NCBI RefSeq assembly: GCF_902652985.1
Contig: NC_047024.1
Coordinates: 22,382,001-22,446,000 of the forward strand
DNA from: Pecten maximus
Lineage: Eukaryota
Length of the DNA stretch: 64,000 nt
Direction: 5' to 3'
Under the pieces are notes generated by a model. It did no database searches. It had not been told where the DNA came from and was given only the letters and a program-made list of their open reading frames with translations. A program made the translations under genes and the position numbers. Below, in pieces: positions 52,101 through 64,000 of this stretch (position 1 is the first letter of the stretch; each line of letters starts with the position of its first letter).

Positions 52101-55100
52101 GCTGCTTTTGCATCATCCTGTAGTACAAAATACATGCATTGAAGCTTACAGAGGAAAATTGTAAAATCCAAACACTCAAATTCAACTATGAGAATAATTG
52201 GCAGTTGTATTCTTACAGGTTAGAATTGCAAATTATAAACCAATATAGGGTAGACTGAAATCAATACACGGAAAAGATTAATAAAATCTTCTACCCTTAG
52301 ACACAGGGGATTTTAACACAAGGGTGAAGAGATATATTATAAAGGAAGATTCTCATTTTTACCAACACAGGGTTTGTCGAGTGTTTGAAAGCTAAAGAGT
52401 CCTATCCCAAGGGCAGAGATGATCATTTCCCCTACAAGGATCATTTATTTTCTTTCACCCTATGTTCCCTGATATATATGTAATGTTGATGCTACTTCCA
52501 TCAAAGACATTGTTAACTTAATATCATGTCATTTTATGTTGCCATGACATAATTGTTGTGAATGGAATATCCCCTCAAAACTACAATTCTACCTTAAAAC
52601 AACTGAATACAACTTTTCCACCAATACTCACATATCTTTACAGGAGAGGAATATTTCCTCAATGAGCTTCATATCATTGAGCTGCATAGCACAACGTAAG
52701 GCCTGTGGGAACTGCTTGAACTTCCTGTATAGGTCGACCGCTGTCTTCAGCAGGGTAAGATTTTCTGGGTCAGGGACATATGGCACACAACTGCAAGTAC
52801 AGATAATGTGGTTATGGATAAAATAGCTTTCTTTCTCTAGACTAGGACAAACAGTCATACAGGGTATTTCTGACAGATTTTTTCATCTGAATATTTTTTT
52901 ATCATCTGAATATTTATATATCATTATTTCCATAATAGATTTCAATTCCAACATATTTGCCAAGTGTATGACATACCATAATAATGAAATAAGCTTTATT
53001 AGTAAGGATACAAATTTGCTTGTACAATGACCAAGATTACCTAATGAGATAGAGACAAACTCGTGGGTAAGCATTTTCATCTACATAGTTATGGAGGATG
53101 TCAAGTCGCTCTATTTCCATGAGGAGGTCGCAGGCTTCAGCCTCTGCATTATGGTCCATATGGTAAGGTACTAGCTCCTTTGTCATTGTCAGCAGAGATT
53201 CACGCATCGAGCTGTTGGCCTCATCAGTGTCCTGCCATTCCAGTGCTACTTGGCCTGCTAAATGTCTGTCAGAAAAAATAAGTTCAAACCATGATCAGAA
53301 ACGTGACTTATTCAATGAATCAAAATACATAATAACATTAACATAATCACAATGTGATGATTATTCTTGTTGTGATGCATGTTGACATGTCAACAGTGAC
53401 ATTTTGTGTGAGTGAACATCTTCTTAATGTATCAATAAAATTGAAAAAATAACAATAAAAAAAAACCATACTTTTATTTTTCCTCATATACCAGTAATAA
53501 AGAAATAGAAAGAAACTGATACATAAATCTCAAATACCTGACATATTCGTGACCCCAGGAACCAATCTCTTCCTTGGAACCAAGGAGGCGGTACTTCAAA
53601 CTTTCTCTGCCGTCAGTCATTGTCATACCCAGGACAGACACAATGTCAGCACAAAAGCGCTACAAATACAAAAGAAACCTTAAATGTTTTAGTACATATT
53701 ATATTCAGTCATAAATGAATTAAGGCTTCATATTGAAAATTTATCTCATTTACTACATCCCTCATCTTTCAAGAACTTTGCATAATCTTAACCTGATATA
53801 TTATAAAATGTGGTGTGATGCATATATATAAAACGCATCATTTAACCAAAAAAAAATCTATTGAACAGAAAGTATTTTATAAAACAGACCTGTTAACCCC
53901 TAGCAAATAATTTATATTTATTTCCTTATTTTACTCCTGTATTAAATCATTGTGTCTGATTCCATACCTTTGTTTCATTGTCTATAATTTTTTCATGGAC
54001 CTCCTTAATAGAATCGTAGTGGGGTCTGAGAAACTTAAGCGGTTTTGGCACAGAGGTCATTGATGTGGTAGAAGCCCTTATCTGTGAGCGAAGACTTTCC
54101 AGTGCTGGTTTGTATAGCTTCTGGTCAGTTTCCTTCAAACAAAAGTTTTAAAATCACACAATAAGATAATTAATCTTTTCTGAAATAAAGTGTGAAAGCA
54201 GGTGTGAAGAGTTTCGCATCACATTAACCATTGAAACTGAATGTACATATTTTCATCAAAACCACAATTCACAAATATTGATTCATGTAATATGAATCTC
54301 ACCTTTAAACGCTCAACCAACATGTTCAATTCCTCCTGCAACTGTTTATCTTCTTCAGACTACAAAGCAAAAAAAAAGAAGAAGAAAAAATCAAATAAAT
54401 ATTACACTGTAACAAAGAACTTGTTCAACAATAATTATAAACACATGCATTATTATCCTGTTCTGAAAAGCTATAGGTCATTGACTACAATCATAACTGA
54501 AACAAAATTGTCAGTCTATGGACATTTCGATACTTATGTTTTAATCCTAATAGAGGATCCCATTTTCATCCTTTATCCAAACTTTGAAGATAATGAACTC
54601 AAAGTAAATACTCTTAATGGCCTATTTATACAATGTAAAGCAGATAAAAATGTTTTATTTTGTCCTCCTTACCTGTTTTAATGAGAACTGACAGTTTTTT
54701 CCTAGCTAAGACAATGTTACTTTGGTTAAAATGTTTCCTAGAGAAGACTGGTGAGGAGTGCAGCAATTTTCTCAACATTTATGATATATTATGCTCTTGA
54801 AATAAAGTCACCACAATGAAAAATTTCCATTTTGTAAGAAAACAATACTTTTCTCTCACAATTAACTAAGAGCATAATGTTGTAAATATCATGTAGAAAT
54901 CTTATTGGATAACAAAGGTAATTGCTGGTGTCACTCTTATATATATATTTTTTGTTCAGCTAACACAAACGAACCTCTTTATCAATGATATGTTTCATAG
55001 TCAGCGCAATGGTTAACAAATGTCCCCCAGTATTACAAAATATTCATAACTGTTGTTTATTTAGCTTACACAAGCTTGTCTGATCAATCAATGATGGGTT

Positions 55101-55519
55101 TCATAGCCAAATCATATGATGATATGGCTTAAAAATGGTTTACGGAGATACAGAACTTTTATAGCTGTACAGTCAGCTAATATAAGACAATGTTTGCTGA
55201 TATATCAGTGATGTGTTTTGTAGCATACACATAGAAAGTCACAATAACAAAACTACAGCAGATAAGAAATGTATTAAAATACACTGCATTCTGAAATGTG
55301 ACACAGCAGATTTGAACACATGAATGAGTGCGTGGGCCAAGCAAAACATTTCATTTTGTAAAGTTTTACGTATAGATATTCCAAATAAGACTATCTTTAA
55401 ACACATAACGGATACGCCTTCCAATTTACCATTTCAGTTTCTTTATCCTTTTCATCTTTCTTCTTAGTTTCCTTCTTTTCGCTTACAGTAGTATCTTCTT
55501 TCTCAGTTTTGTCCGCCAT
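37174..55519 (-). CDS. PSMD2: 26S proteasome non-ATPase regulatory subunit 2 (Rpn1), ~902 aa, 21 exons
   Basis: Exons: 55430-55519, 54303-54359, 53968-54132, 53538-53659, 53041-53265, 52632-52790, 51973-52117, 51614-51674, 51058-51204, 50576-50810, 50170-50257, 47485-47647, 47149-47250, 46687-46757, 46340-46442, 45755-45837, 45392-45560, 44526-44747, 43998-44116, 38437-38551, 37174-37241. Total 2709 nt with consistent phases. Motifs: [78 protein letters not shown]. Confidence 0.97.
37644..37995. repeat. ~57-60-bp minisatellite (~6 units) in the last PSMD2 intron
   Basis: Unit CCCTCAAAACTGATAGCCTGGTGAAAACATAGGATTTTATA.GGATTTATAGC. Confidence 0.9.
38148..38267 (-). mobile_element. 5' part of the same SINE family as 14914-15110
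   Basis: The reverse complement matches the GAGTTCGAAAC.TACGT.GG.CAGTTGCC.GGT.CT.ACCGTAGGTCGGTGGT head. Confidence 0.7.
38596..39040. repeat. 30-bp minisatellite, block A (~15 units)
   Basis: Unit TTGGTTAATAACACTTTCTCCCTAATAATA. Confidence 0.95.
39041..42275 (+). mobile_element. Crypton-like non-autonomous element, copy 1 (interrupted by a HINE; 3' hairpin damaged)
   Basis: Near-identical to 42906-43538 once 39153-41793 is removed. Carries a truncated ORF at 41919-42155. Confidence 0.75.
39153..41793 (-). mobile_element. Young Helentron-type HINE (pearl/CvA-like architecture) with ~15 x 156-bp internal tandem repeats
   Basis: One end is ACAAGAGGCCCATGGGGCCTGTATCGCTCACCTGG. The other is a (GACG) microsatellite plus AGCTCACCGGACCTTCGGTCCAGGTGAGCTAA. 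It is inserted in an A6 run without a TSD (empty site at 43015-43020). Confidence 0.9.
42274..42905. repeat. 30-bp minisatellite, block B (~21 units)
   Basis: Same unit as block A. Confidence 0.95.
42906..43538 (+). mobile_element. Crypton-like non-autonomous element, copy 2 (~630 bp)
   Basis: TTATTATA and TATAATAA ends, an ATTGGCT box, a 5' ORF fragment, and a perfect 47-bp inverted repeat (43396-43442 / 43485-43531) around GACCTCGGCTTTGCCTCGGTC. Confidence 0.78.
43143..43379 (+). pseudogene. N-terminal fragment of a Crypton-type tyrosine recombinase ORF (also at 41919-42155)
   Basis: [40 protein letters not shown] resembles the N-terminal helix motif (RF...NT.R.T..AVK.F..YL) of animal Crypton/DUF3504-related proteins. 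The catalytic part is absent. Confidence 0.65.
43537..43847. repeat. 30-bp minisatellite, block C (~10 units)
   Basis: Same unit as blocks A and B. Confidence 0.95.
46113..46191. repeat. Perfect 40-bp tandem duplication
   Basis: TCGCCACTGCACAAATGTGAAAATAATTAAACATTAGAT occurs twice. Confidence 0.9.
47606..49337 (-). repeat. 53-bp minisatellite (~32 units) copied from the PSMD2 intron 11/exon 12 junction
   Basis: Sense-strand unit: TTTGTTTATAG|GTTGTAGGGATGGCGGCCCTGGCTTGTGGTATGATATCTGTG, i.e. 11 nt of acceptor plus the first 42 nt of the exon. Confidence 0.97.
49555..49915 (+). mobile_element. Second Crypton-like non-autonomous family with a long terminal hairpin
   Basis: ATTGGCT box near the 5' end and a near-perfect ~76-bp-arm palindrome at 49758-49912 with a CGC-TTC-GCG apex. 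Confidence 0.6.
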
Positions 55520-55524
55520 GTTTG
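55511..55524 (-). promoter_or_regulatory. YY1-like motif overlapping the PSMD2 start codon
   Basis: AAACATGGCGG matches the AANATGGCG consensus. It also serves as a Kozak context. Confidence 0.35.
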
Positions 55525-56575
55525 CCGGTATGAAGTTGCTATCTCGTTCAAACGTGACCAATAAATTTATATTTTGAAAAGATACATATATTTATGAATT
55601 AATCAAAAATAATGTATGTGTCATCGATATTTTAAAAAGCATTATTATATCAAAATATAATCTGTATAAGAAAAAAAAATAGCATGTGTACCGGAAGCAG
55701 TCATGTTAGACTTGCACAAGTCATGCCTGAATAAAATATTAACATATCGATAATCAGTGGTTTTATTTAATTTGAAGTTTGATGATTGAACAAATATCTT
55801 CCACCAATTCTTTGTTCTTTTCCCTTTTCCATTTGCAATTTCATAAATATATATTTCATGCAAACTCGACTGCAGTTATCTCCCCTATAACAATCTTATT
55901 GCAGTTTGTTACATGTATACGGCATTAATAAAATAAAATGGCAAGAACTTTCCTGGATAATTATCAAGTGTGCTATCAAATTCATGTAAACATGTTAGGT
56001 TTCTGTCTAATAATCCTGTGACAGGGGTTTACAATTTTAGAATTTGTGAAAATATGAATCATATGAAAATATAAGTAGACCCAGAGACACAGATGTGTAT
56101 AATTTATATGTCTCTGTTAGACCATCCAATTCCATTGAAGTTCTACCACGGAACAAAGAAATAAATAGTACAACATTCTGCTTAAATTAGCATCTGAAAC
56201 GACGATGCATGGTTTAAATTTAATAATCATGGATTATCTACATCTCTGTCTTTGCTTGATTAAATTGTGGTGCGACACCTATGAAGTCATATTCGGAATA
56301 TCCTCATATCAGATTAAAACACGAAAGGCCTTCCGATTCGGCTTTAACCCTTCCCGTGATTCCTTGCGAAATAGTTTTGACAGGAAAGCTCGAAAGTGAC
56401 AGCTGAGTGTTGGAATCTGCATTTTTACTCATTTAGACAGCTAAAAGACAGTGTCACAATAATATCACCAAGCTAAACGAAAGTTTAATGCATTATATGA
56501 TACAATATGTGTTTTAAAATGATCCAGTTTAAATATAGGTGACCTCAAAAACAGCTGGAACTGGATAGTTTATTT

Positions 56576-56589
56576 GTTTCCAAGGAAAC
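56576..56589. promoter_or_regulatory. Candidate RFX X-box at the KIF17 promoter
   Basis: Near-palindromic GTTTCCAAGGAAAC lies ~55 bp upstream of a consensus donor GTAAGT (56644), a likely non-coding first exon. KIF17 is a ciliary kinesin. Confidence 0.55.
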
Positions 56590-57419
56590 CATATTACGGA
56601 AAATCTTGACATCCAAAAACATTTCTTAGGTCAGAAGTTAATCGTAAGTATTTCTTGAAGTAATGAGTGACCTAATATGATTAGTTTCGATACAACATTT
56701 GGAAATTAACGTCAACTACACTTGCTTTATTTTGAATCCTACACTTGTAGTAAATTTCATTTTTGACACTCACCATATATTAACTACTCTGACTCTACTT
56801 ACTGGCTGTGAAGCTCATTCTGGAGTAACATGTTAATTCTATGTTTATGAAGAGCCATCTGAGAGCACCTTGTATAAAGTCTGAAGGCTTCTTCTACCAA
56901 TCCAGGAATAGGAAGTTATAACAGTGACACATGATAGTGCTTACTATTCCTGGATCCATAAAATTATACTAATATTAAGCAGCAGCAAGCAATTTAAGTA
57001 GTTTTATGATTTCTGCTACTTTATTAGTGTCTAGTATAATAATTTCACTATTAGAACATGGGGGTATGATTCCTATGAGCGATCCCATGCACTTACTCTA
57101 TACCTACAGAAACATCTAGCTCAGCTTACATGTGTATAATATGTATATCATTGCAGCTTCTTAGTTCCAGTCCATGCTTCTACTAATTAATCAAGTAAAA
57201 GAGAAATTCCGTTTCACAAAACACAAAAGTCAGTGACCGTGTAGTTCTTTGTAAAATAACAATCTGGGTGCTCTGCAGTCCTTTAATTATTTTGTATCAA
57301 AATATGCTTCATTTCATGACACAAAAGAAAAAGTAAAGCATGAGGACCAGCCATTCGTCTATACTGACTACATGTTGTCATGTATAATTAAGTAGTTTGA
57401 TTTGTAATAGAGTCTAATA

Positions 57420-57860
57420 GTTGAGAGATTCCACGATTGTCTGAAGTGTCTAAGAGTTTGAAGATCCAATGTTGAAATTTGTAAGAGTTTGGCAATTCCA
57501 TGGAAGCTGGAATGACTAAGAGTTCGGAGGTCCAAGGTTAGAATGTCTTTAGAATTGGGAGATCCCAGGTGGAATGTTTTATGAGTTCAGAGGCCTCAAG
57601 TTAGAATGTCTAGGCGTTTAGAGATCCCAGGTTCACATGTGTAATATTTCAGGGATCCTTAAGGTTAAATTTTTAAGAGTTCAGAGATCATACTGGGTTC
57701 AAATGTTTCAGAGTTCTGAAATCCCATGTTCAAATGTGTAAGAGTTATAGAGAAGGGTTCAAACTGAGACTAGACTTTAGAGATCCCTGAATTTCAAATG
57801 TCTGTTAGAGTTTGGAGATCCCTAGGGTTAAATGTGTGAGGGTTTGGATATATACCAGGT
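57420..57860. repeat. Highly degenerate ~31-bp minisatellite
   Basis: The pattern AGAGTT..GAGATCCC..GTT.AAATGT recurs through the interval. Confidence 0.7.
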
Positions 57861-58112
57861 ATGAATTCCGAAGTCAGTTGCCAATTTGCATTTACACAGA
57901 TTATATAGATACATGTATATATATGCACGAATGTGATATAAAATGGGAAAGAAAGGTTCCCTTTTAGCAGACACTGACAAGTTTTAAAGTTATATATTAT
58001 TAAATTAATATTGGGCCTTGATCATTGTCAATAACATGCTTTTTTATAAAGAATTTATATAGTTAGTTCCATCAAAAATAATAAAATCATACTTTCAATC
58101 TTCAGGATCAAG

Positions 58113-61100
58113 ATGACGGACGGGGAGTGCGTAAAGGTAATTGTAAGGTGTCGTCCTATGAACACCCGAGAAAAGGAACTAAAATGTGAGTGTGTTCTCA
58201 GCATGGACGGCAAACGTGCCCAATGTACAATAAAAAATCCATCAGATCTAAAGGCACCTCCAAAAGTGTTCACATTTGATGGATCTTATTTCACAGACTC
58301 GGTGACGGAAAATATATATGCAGACATAGCCTATCCTTTGGTGGAGGTGAGTATATTTTGACCTAGACTTTTAGTTATTGATTACAGGTGTATAATTGTA
58401 TACTGATTACACTTCTGGGAAGTTCATCATTCAAAGACAATGAGATAAGAAAATTTTTCTTTGTGAAATAGTCTAACAAGTATGTTCTGTAAGAAAAATC
58501 AAATAATTGGAAGTATAAGGAGTATCTTTCTTAGGTTGTAAAAATTGTAGTTTTAATTCACTTCCTGATTCAACTTAGGAGCACCATATAACTGAATAAA
58601 GAAGTAGGATGATCGAAAGATCACATTGATCAGCCAGCTCCTGACAGTATTTTTTTAATTTTGTTGTTTTGACCATTAATGTTTTAAAAGACAACACTAA
58701 TGATTATTTTTGAATAAAAACAGTAATTCTAGCAAAAAAATTCAGTACACAATTTAGGGCCGTTGAGTTTTTTGGAAACTGATTTAAAACATCTATAAAT
58801 TAAAAGATTTCTTCTTGTCCTTGTGTGATTCAGAAGCCCACTTATAAGATATTTTAGGTTCTGAAAGAGCAGGAGAAAAACATTTAATTTGCATACATTT
58901 ACGCTGGTAGAGCTAATTAAAAACTTCTTATGGGGTTTATAATTATATATATAATTAGTAAGCTCTTCAGCATGTTTATGCCGAAGAGATTCCTTGTAAT
59001 CAAAATATTTCTTCTTAAATTATTTCATAAATGTATATATATACCTTTCAGAAAACTAGCAACTGAGTTGGCGATGATTATTAGGATGTAAAATACCATT
59101 ATTTACTATAAACCTCCAGCTTAAGTGGCCAGACACAACTGGCAATTATGGACAATAGATCTGTTTAAAAACCCTGACCACTGACCAGTGGCTTAAGCTT
59201 ATATATCTCATGTATTAATGTGACCTACTTATGTGAGCAGTATATAATGCATTCTTGAGAATTAAATAATATATTATATTGTCAGCTGCTTGGGAACTAT
59301 TTCTTACATCCCAGAAGAATAGACTGAGAAAATGTTTATTCCTTCATTGACAAACTCTGGACGTTAAGTGGAATAGATTTAGTTTTATTACCTGCACATT
59401 AAAAGCTAGTACATAATTAAATTTTTTATATCATGCTAACTAATATATAAACTGTTATTTTTGTCCCAAATTGGTTGAAAAACATATTAGGCTGTTGAAA
59501 AGATTTGTAGGAAAACTTGAAACAAGCATACCTTGACGGCTTATGTTTTAGGTGAAAACAATTAGCATTTATGTATGTATATATTATGTGTTTAATATTG
59601 TTTTCCATCAAATGCAAGTATTTTCCTTTTCCTTTTTTGTGATTTTCTGAGTTTTTATCAATTTATAATATGTTCCATATTATACATGTACAAGAAGTGT
59701 ATACATGTAATTTGTATTCACATGTTTACAGCCCTGTCTCCCAATACACCTGAGGTTAAAGGTGTATTAACCGATACATACCCTCGCCGAGGCTTTAAAA
59801 ATATACCCACAGAGCATGAACTTTTTTTTTATTGCTTTAAATTATCAATAGTTTTTATCTTAAAAGTTTTTCCAACATCAATTACACATTTAATGACTCC
59901 CTGTTGATTAATGGGTAAATTATTCAATTTCGACTACCCCAGTAAATTTGTTTAGTTAACGATGAAACAGCAAAAAATTTATTCGATAGAAGTAACATTA
60001 AGAACATTCTTGAACTTTTATCAAAGTTAAATTAAAATATATTATTTCAAAACTTCTTACCAACAGTTTGGACTAAATTCATTCAGGATTTGCACTATTA
60101 TATCTAAACCAATTGAAAACGGCACAAAATAATGCAATCAAAGCACAAGCAGTCTTGGATATCAACCCATACAAGCTAGCACACATATTATGAAGATAAT
60201 TGAATTCTTTTGCACAGGTTTTTTGTTTAATGATCTTGACATGAAAAATAGTTATGGAACTTTCGTAATAGTGTAATAGAGGCGCAAAGGTCTAGTGGTA
60301 GGAAGCAAGGCTACGTGACCGAAGGGACGCTAGTTCGAGTCGCAGCTAGGGCGCTGTGTTGTATCCTAAATGTTACAGTCGATCGACTCAGCTGTAAATG
60401 AGTATGTGGTAGGGCAGGGCAAGAAGTGTCGTGTATAAGCTGTTAGTGCTGAATTGGCAGCTCAGGTTGTATATGTTCCCCGGGGATTGGTATATAAAAC
60501 TCCAAATAAAATTATAATAAGCCTTCCCCAAAATATCATTCTAAACTTTTACACTGAGGAAGAGGGCTTATTTGAGAATAGATACAGTATATTGTTTTTC
60601 TTTCTTCTGTTGTGAGTTTTGAAATGATTTTACTATTAACTGAAGTTGGTATCTAGATATTCTGGCTGTTTTGTAGGGCGTGACGGAGGGATACAATGGG
60701 ACAATCTTCGCCTACGGTCAGACAGGATGTGGTAAATCATTTACAATGCAAGGTATCACCAACCCCGCATCCCAACGAGGCATCATTCCGAGGTCAGCAC
60801 AGCTTCAGTATCTTTTACATTGTTTATTATAGTTGACTTTATTTATAACACAGTTTTTTCCTACATATTCCAGTTAATAACAATTTTTTCATGATAATTA
60901 TGATAATTTTTCAAAACAATGTTATAAAGCAAAACAATCATGAGCATTGCATTAAATAAGAATTATGAAAAAAAAACTTACCTGCTACATGTATATCATA
61001 TATCAAGTAATTGTGGTAGATGGATCAATATTCATTTAGTAAGATACAAGTTTTTAATTGTTTCAGGGCTTTTGACCACATTTTCGAGACAGTTTCTGTG

Positions 61101-63628
61101 GCCGAAGAAACAAAATTTCTCATCCATGCATCATATTTGGAAATCTACAATGAAGAAATTCGAGATTTATTAGGGAAAGATGCCAAAGCAAAAATGGATC
61201 TTAAAGAACACCCAGAGAAAGGAGTCTATGTCAGTGGTAGGTTTTACAGCAATATGTAGTAGGGTTTACTTCGTTCTGAGCACTTTTGTGATTTCGGAAC
61301 CATACACTTATCTGGATAAATATCATGAACCATACACTTATCTGGGTAAGTATCATGAACCATACACTTATCTGGGTAGGTATCATGAACCATACACTTA
61401 TCTGGGTAAGTATCATGAACCATACACTTATCTGGGTAAGTATCATGAACCAAACACTTATCTGGGTAGGTATCATGAACCAAACACTTATCTGGGTAGG
61501 TACCATATGAACCATACACTTATCTGGGTAGGTATCATGAACCATACACTTATCTGGGTAGGTATCATGAACCATACACTTATCTGGGTAGGTACCATGA
61601 ACCATACACTTATCTGGGTAGGTATCATGAACCATACACTTATCTGGGTAAGTATCATGAACCATACACTTATCTGGGTAGGTACCATGAACCATACATT
61701 TATCTGGGTAGGTATCATGAACCATACACTTATCTGGGTAGGTATCATGAACCATACACTTATCTGGGTAGGTATCATGAACCAAACACTTATCTGGGTA
61801 GGTATCCTGAACCAAACACTTATCTGGGTAGGTATCATGAACCATACACTTATCTGGGTAGGTATCATGAACCAAACACTTATCTGGGTAGGTACCATGA
61901 ACCATACACTTATCTGGGTAAGTATCATGAACCATACACTTATCTGGGAAGGTATCATGAACCATACACTTATCTGGGTAGGTACCATATGAACCATACA
62001 CTTATCTGGGTAGGTACCATATGAACCATATACTTATCTGGGTAGGTACCATGAACCATACACTTATCTGGGTAGGTATCATGAACCATACACTTATCTG
62101 GGTAGGTATCATGAACCATACACTTATCTGGGTAGGTACCATGAACCATACACTTATCTGGGTAGGTATCATGAACCATACACTTATCTGGGTAGGTATC
62201 ATGAACCAAACACTTATCTGGGTAGGTATCATGAACCATACACTTACCTGGGTAAGTATCATTAACCAAACACTTATCTGGGTAGGTTTCATGAACCAAA
62301 CACTTATCTGGGTAGGTATCATGAACCAAACACTTATCTAGACAGATTTGTTTGAGTTAAATCCTTTGCTGATTGGGTAAGTGTGTTGATTAATTCTCAC
62401 AACAATTTTTGCTTAATATATAAAACATTTTGATAATCATTTGCAAGGTTGGCTTAACTTATTGGTCTCTTGGATAAGTTGCTGACAATTTTGTCTTACT
62501 TTATAGAACACTTTGATATTCACTGAAAATTGTATCTTAATTCATTCTGTAAGACTCCTTCATAATTTACTGGAAATTTCATCATAATCTATGACTTTTT
62601 GAAAATTTAATGAAAATTTGATCTTAATTTATTAATTTATTAGACTCTTTGATAAGAAACCGACAATATTGTCCCTCATAATTCACAAACAATTTTTATT
62701 TTAAGGACTTTCAATGCACCCAGTACACAATGTCACAGAATGTGAGCGTATAATGGAAAAGGGTTGGAAAAACCGTGCTACAGGTGCCACACTCATGAAT
62801 GCTGACTCATCTCGCAGCCACAGTATCTTTACTATCAACTTAGAGATGATACAGGAAGATGATGAAGGAGAAGAACATATCCGTGCCGGAAAACTTAACC
62901 TTGTCGATCTGGCTGGCAGTGAAAGACAATCCAAAACAGGTACTACATTATATTTCAAATTACTTTGTTACAGTTAGTTTAAATACTTTGAAGCTTTATA
63001 AATTCAGTCTTTTTATTTACTGTATTTTGACATGATTATGTATCTTCACCGGTACCATATTTCTTAATGTGAATTGTTTTGATATTCAGGTGCTACTGGA
63101 GACCGTCTGAAGGAGGCCACAAAGATCAACTTATCATTGTCTGCCCTGGGAAATGTCATATCTGCACTTGTTGATGCAAAAACCAAACATATCCCGTACA
63201 GAGATTCCAAGCTCACACGTCTTCTACAGGACTCTCTTGGAGGTATAGAAATTGTTTTAGTTATTTATAGCCGAGTAGAATGAAACAGACATTTTTAAAA
63301 ACTGTCAATGTGTAAAATTTTCATGTTTTTGGGATTCCATACTAATTTTGATTAACATCTTTTTGAGAAAGGATAACCTTATTTCATATGCTCTGCTCTC
63401 TAGGTAATACAAAGACCCTTATGGTTGCTTGTTTGTCACCGGCTGACAATAACTATGAGGAGACTATAAGCACACTACGTTACGCGAACCGTGCCAAGAA
63501 CATCCAGAACAAACCCAAGATCAATGAGGACCCTAAAGATGCCCTGCTGAGAGAATACCAGGAAGAGATCACCAAACTCAAAGCTATGTTGATGGGGCAG
63601 CTCCCGATCCCTGAGGGAGGCTTCCAAG
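58113..63628 (+). CDS. KIF17: Kinesin-2 KIF17/OSM-3, first 6 coding exons (motor and neck); 3' part lies outside the window
   Basis: Exons 58113-58346, 60677-60792, 61067-61236, 62706-62939, 63090-63242 and 63404-63628. Motifs: [100 protein letters not shown]. Confidence 0.93.
60279..60490 (+). mobile_element. tRNA-derived SINE (degenerate)
   Basis: A-box-like GGTCTAGTGG, B-box GTTCGAGTC, followed by CACTCAGCTGTAAATGAGTA-like central sequence. Confidence 0.6.
61297..62340. repeat. 30-bp minisatellite (~34 units) in a KIF17 intron
   Basis: Unit GAACCATACACTTATCTGGGTAGGTATCAT, with three 32-bp variants. Confidence 0.97.
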
Positions 63629-64000
63629 GTAATTATATGGAGGGTTGATGGGGCAGCTCCTAATCCCTGAGGGAGGCTTCCAAGGTAATTGTATGGAGGG
63701 TTGACAGGGCAGCTCCCTATCCCTGAGGGAGGCTTCCAAGGTAATTGTATGGAGGGTTGATGGGGCAGCTCCCGATCCGATCCCTGAGGGAGGCTTCCAA
63801 GGTAATTATATGGAGGGTCGATGGGACAGCTCCCTATCCCTGAGGGAGGCTTCCAAGGTAATTATATGGAGGGTTGACAGGGCAGCTCCCTATCCCTGAG
63901 GGAGGCTTCCATGGTAATTGTATGGACGGTTGATAGGGCAGCTTCTGATCCCTGAGGGAGGCTTCCAAGGTAATTATATGGAGGGTTGATAGGACACCTC
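63588..64000 (+). repeat. 56-bp minisatellite (at least 7 units) copied from a KIF17 exon/intron donor junction
   Basis: Unit GTTGATGGGGCAGCTCCCGATCCCTGAGGGAGGCTTCCAAG|GTAATTATATGGAGG, i.e. the last 41 nt of the exon plus 15 nt of intron. Confidence 0.95.

Noticed and set aside
61180-62341. Repetitive ORFs up to 270 aa
   Set aside because: They are translations of an intronic 30-bp minisatellite. The KIF17 exons splice in phase around it.

Overview
AT-rich, intron-rich animal DNA. The repeat content suggests a mollusc, probably a bivalve (inference). Four host genes were reconstructed by hand from GT-AG exon phasing: PPP1R2/inhibitor-2 (+, 4 exons), a SMYD4-like SET/MYND gene (-, single coding exon), PSMD2/Rpn1 (-, 21 exons, complete) and KIF17 (+, first 6 coding exons, runs off the window), with KIF17 head-to-head with PSMD2. 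Mobile DNA includes an apparently intact 7.25-kb Sola-type DNA transposon (19-bp TIRs, ATAT TSD, 9-exon ~1028-aa transposase), Crypton-like non-autonomous elements, Helentron-type HINEs, a CAC-ended MITE with a 5-bp TSD, tRNA-derived SINEs and many minisatellites. Three signals stand out. (1) Two intronic minisatellites have units that copy a real exon/intron junction, giving ~32 decoy acceptors in PSMD2 and at least 6 extra donor-containing units in KIF17. (2) A Crypton-derived element sits twice at the same phase of a 30-bp satellite that shares its putative recombinase-binding motif. (3) The Sola transposase carries a spliced repeat, acidic and SH3/Tudor-like C-terminal extension. All assignments are by eye; no database searches were run.
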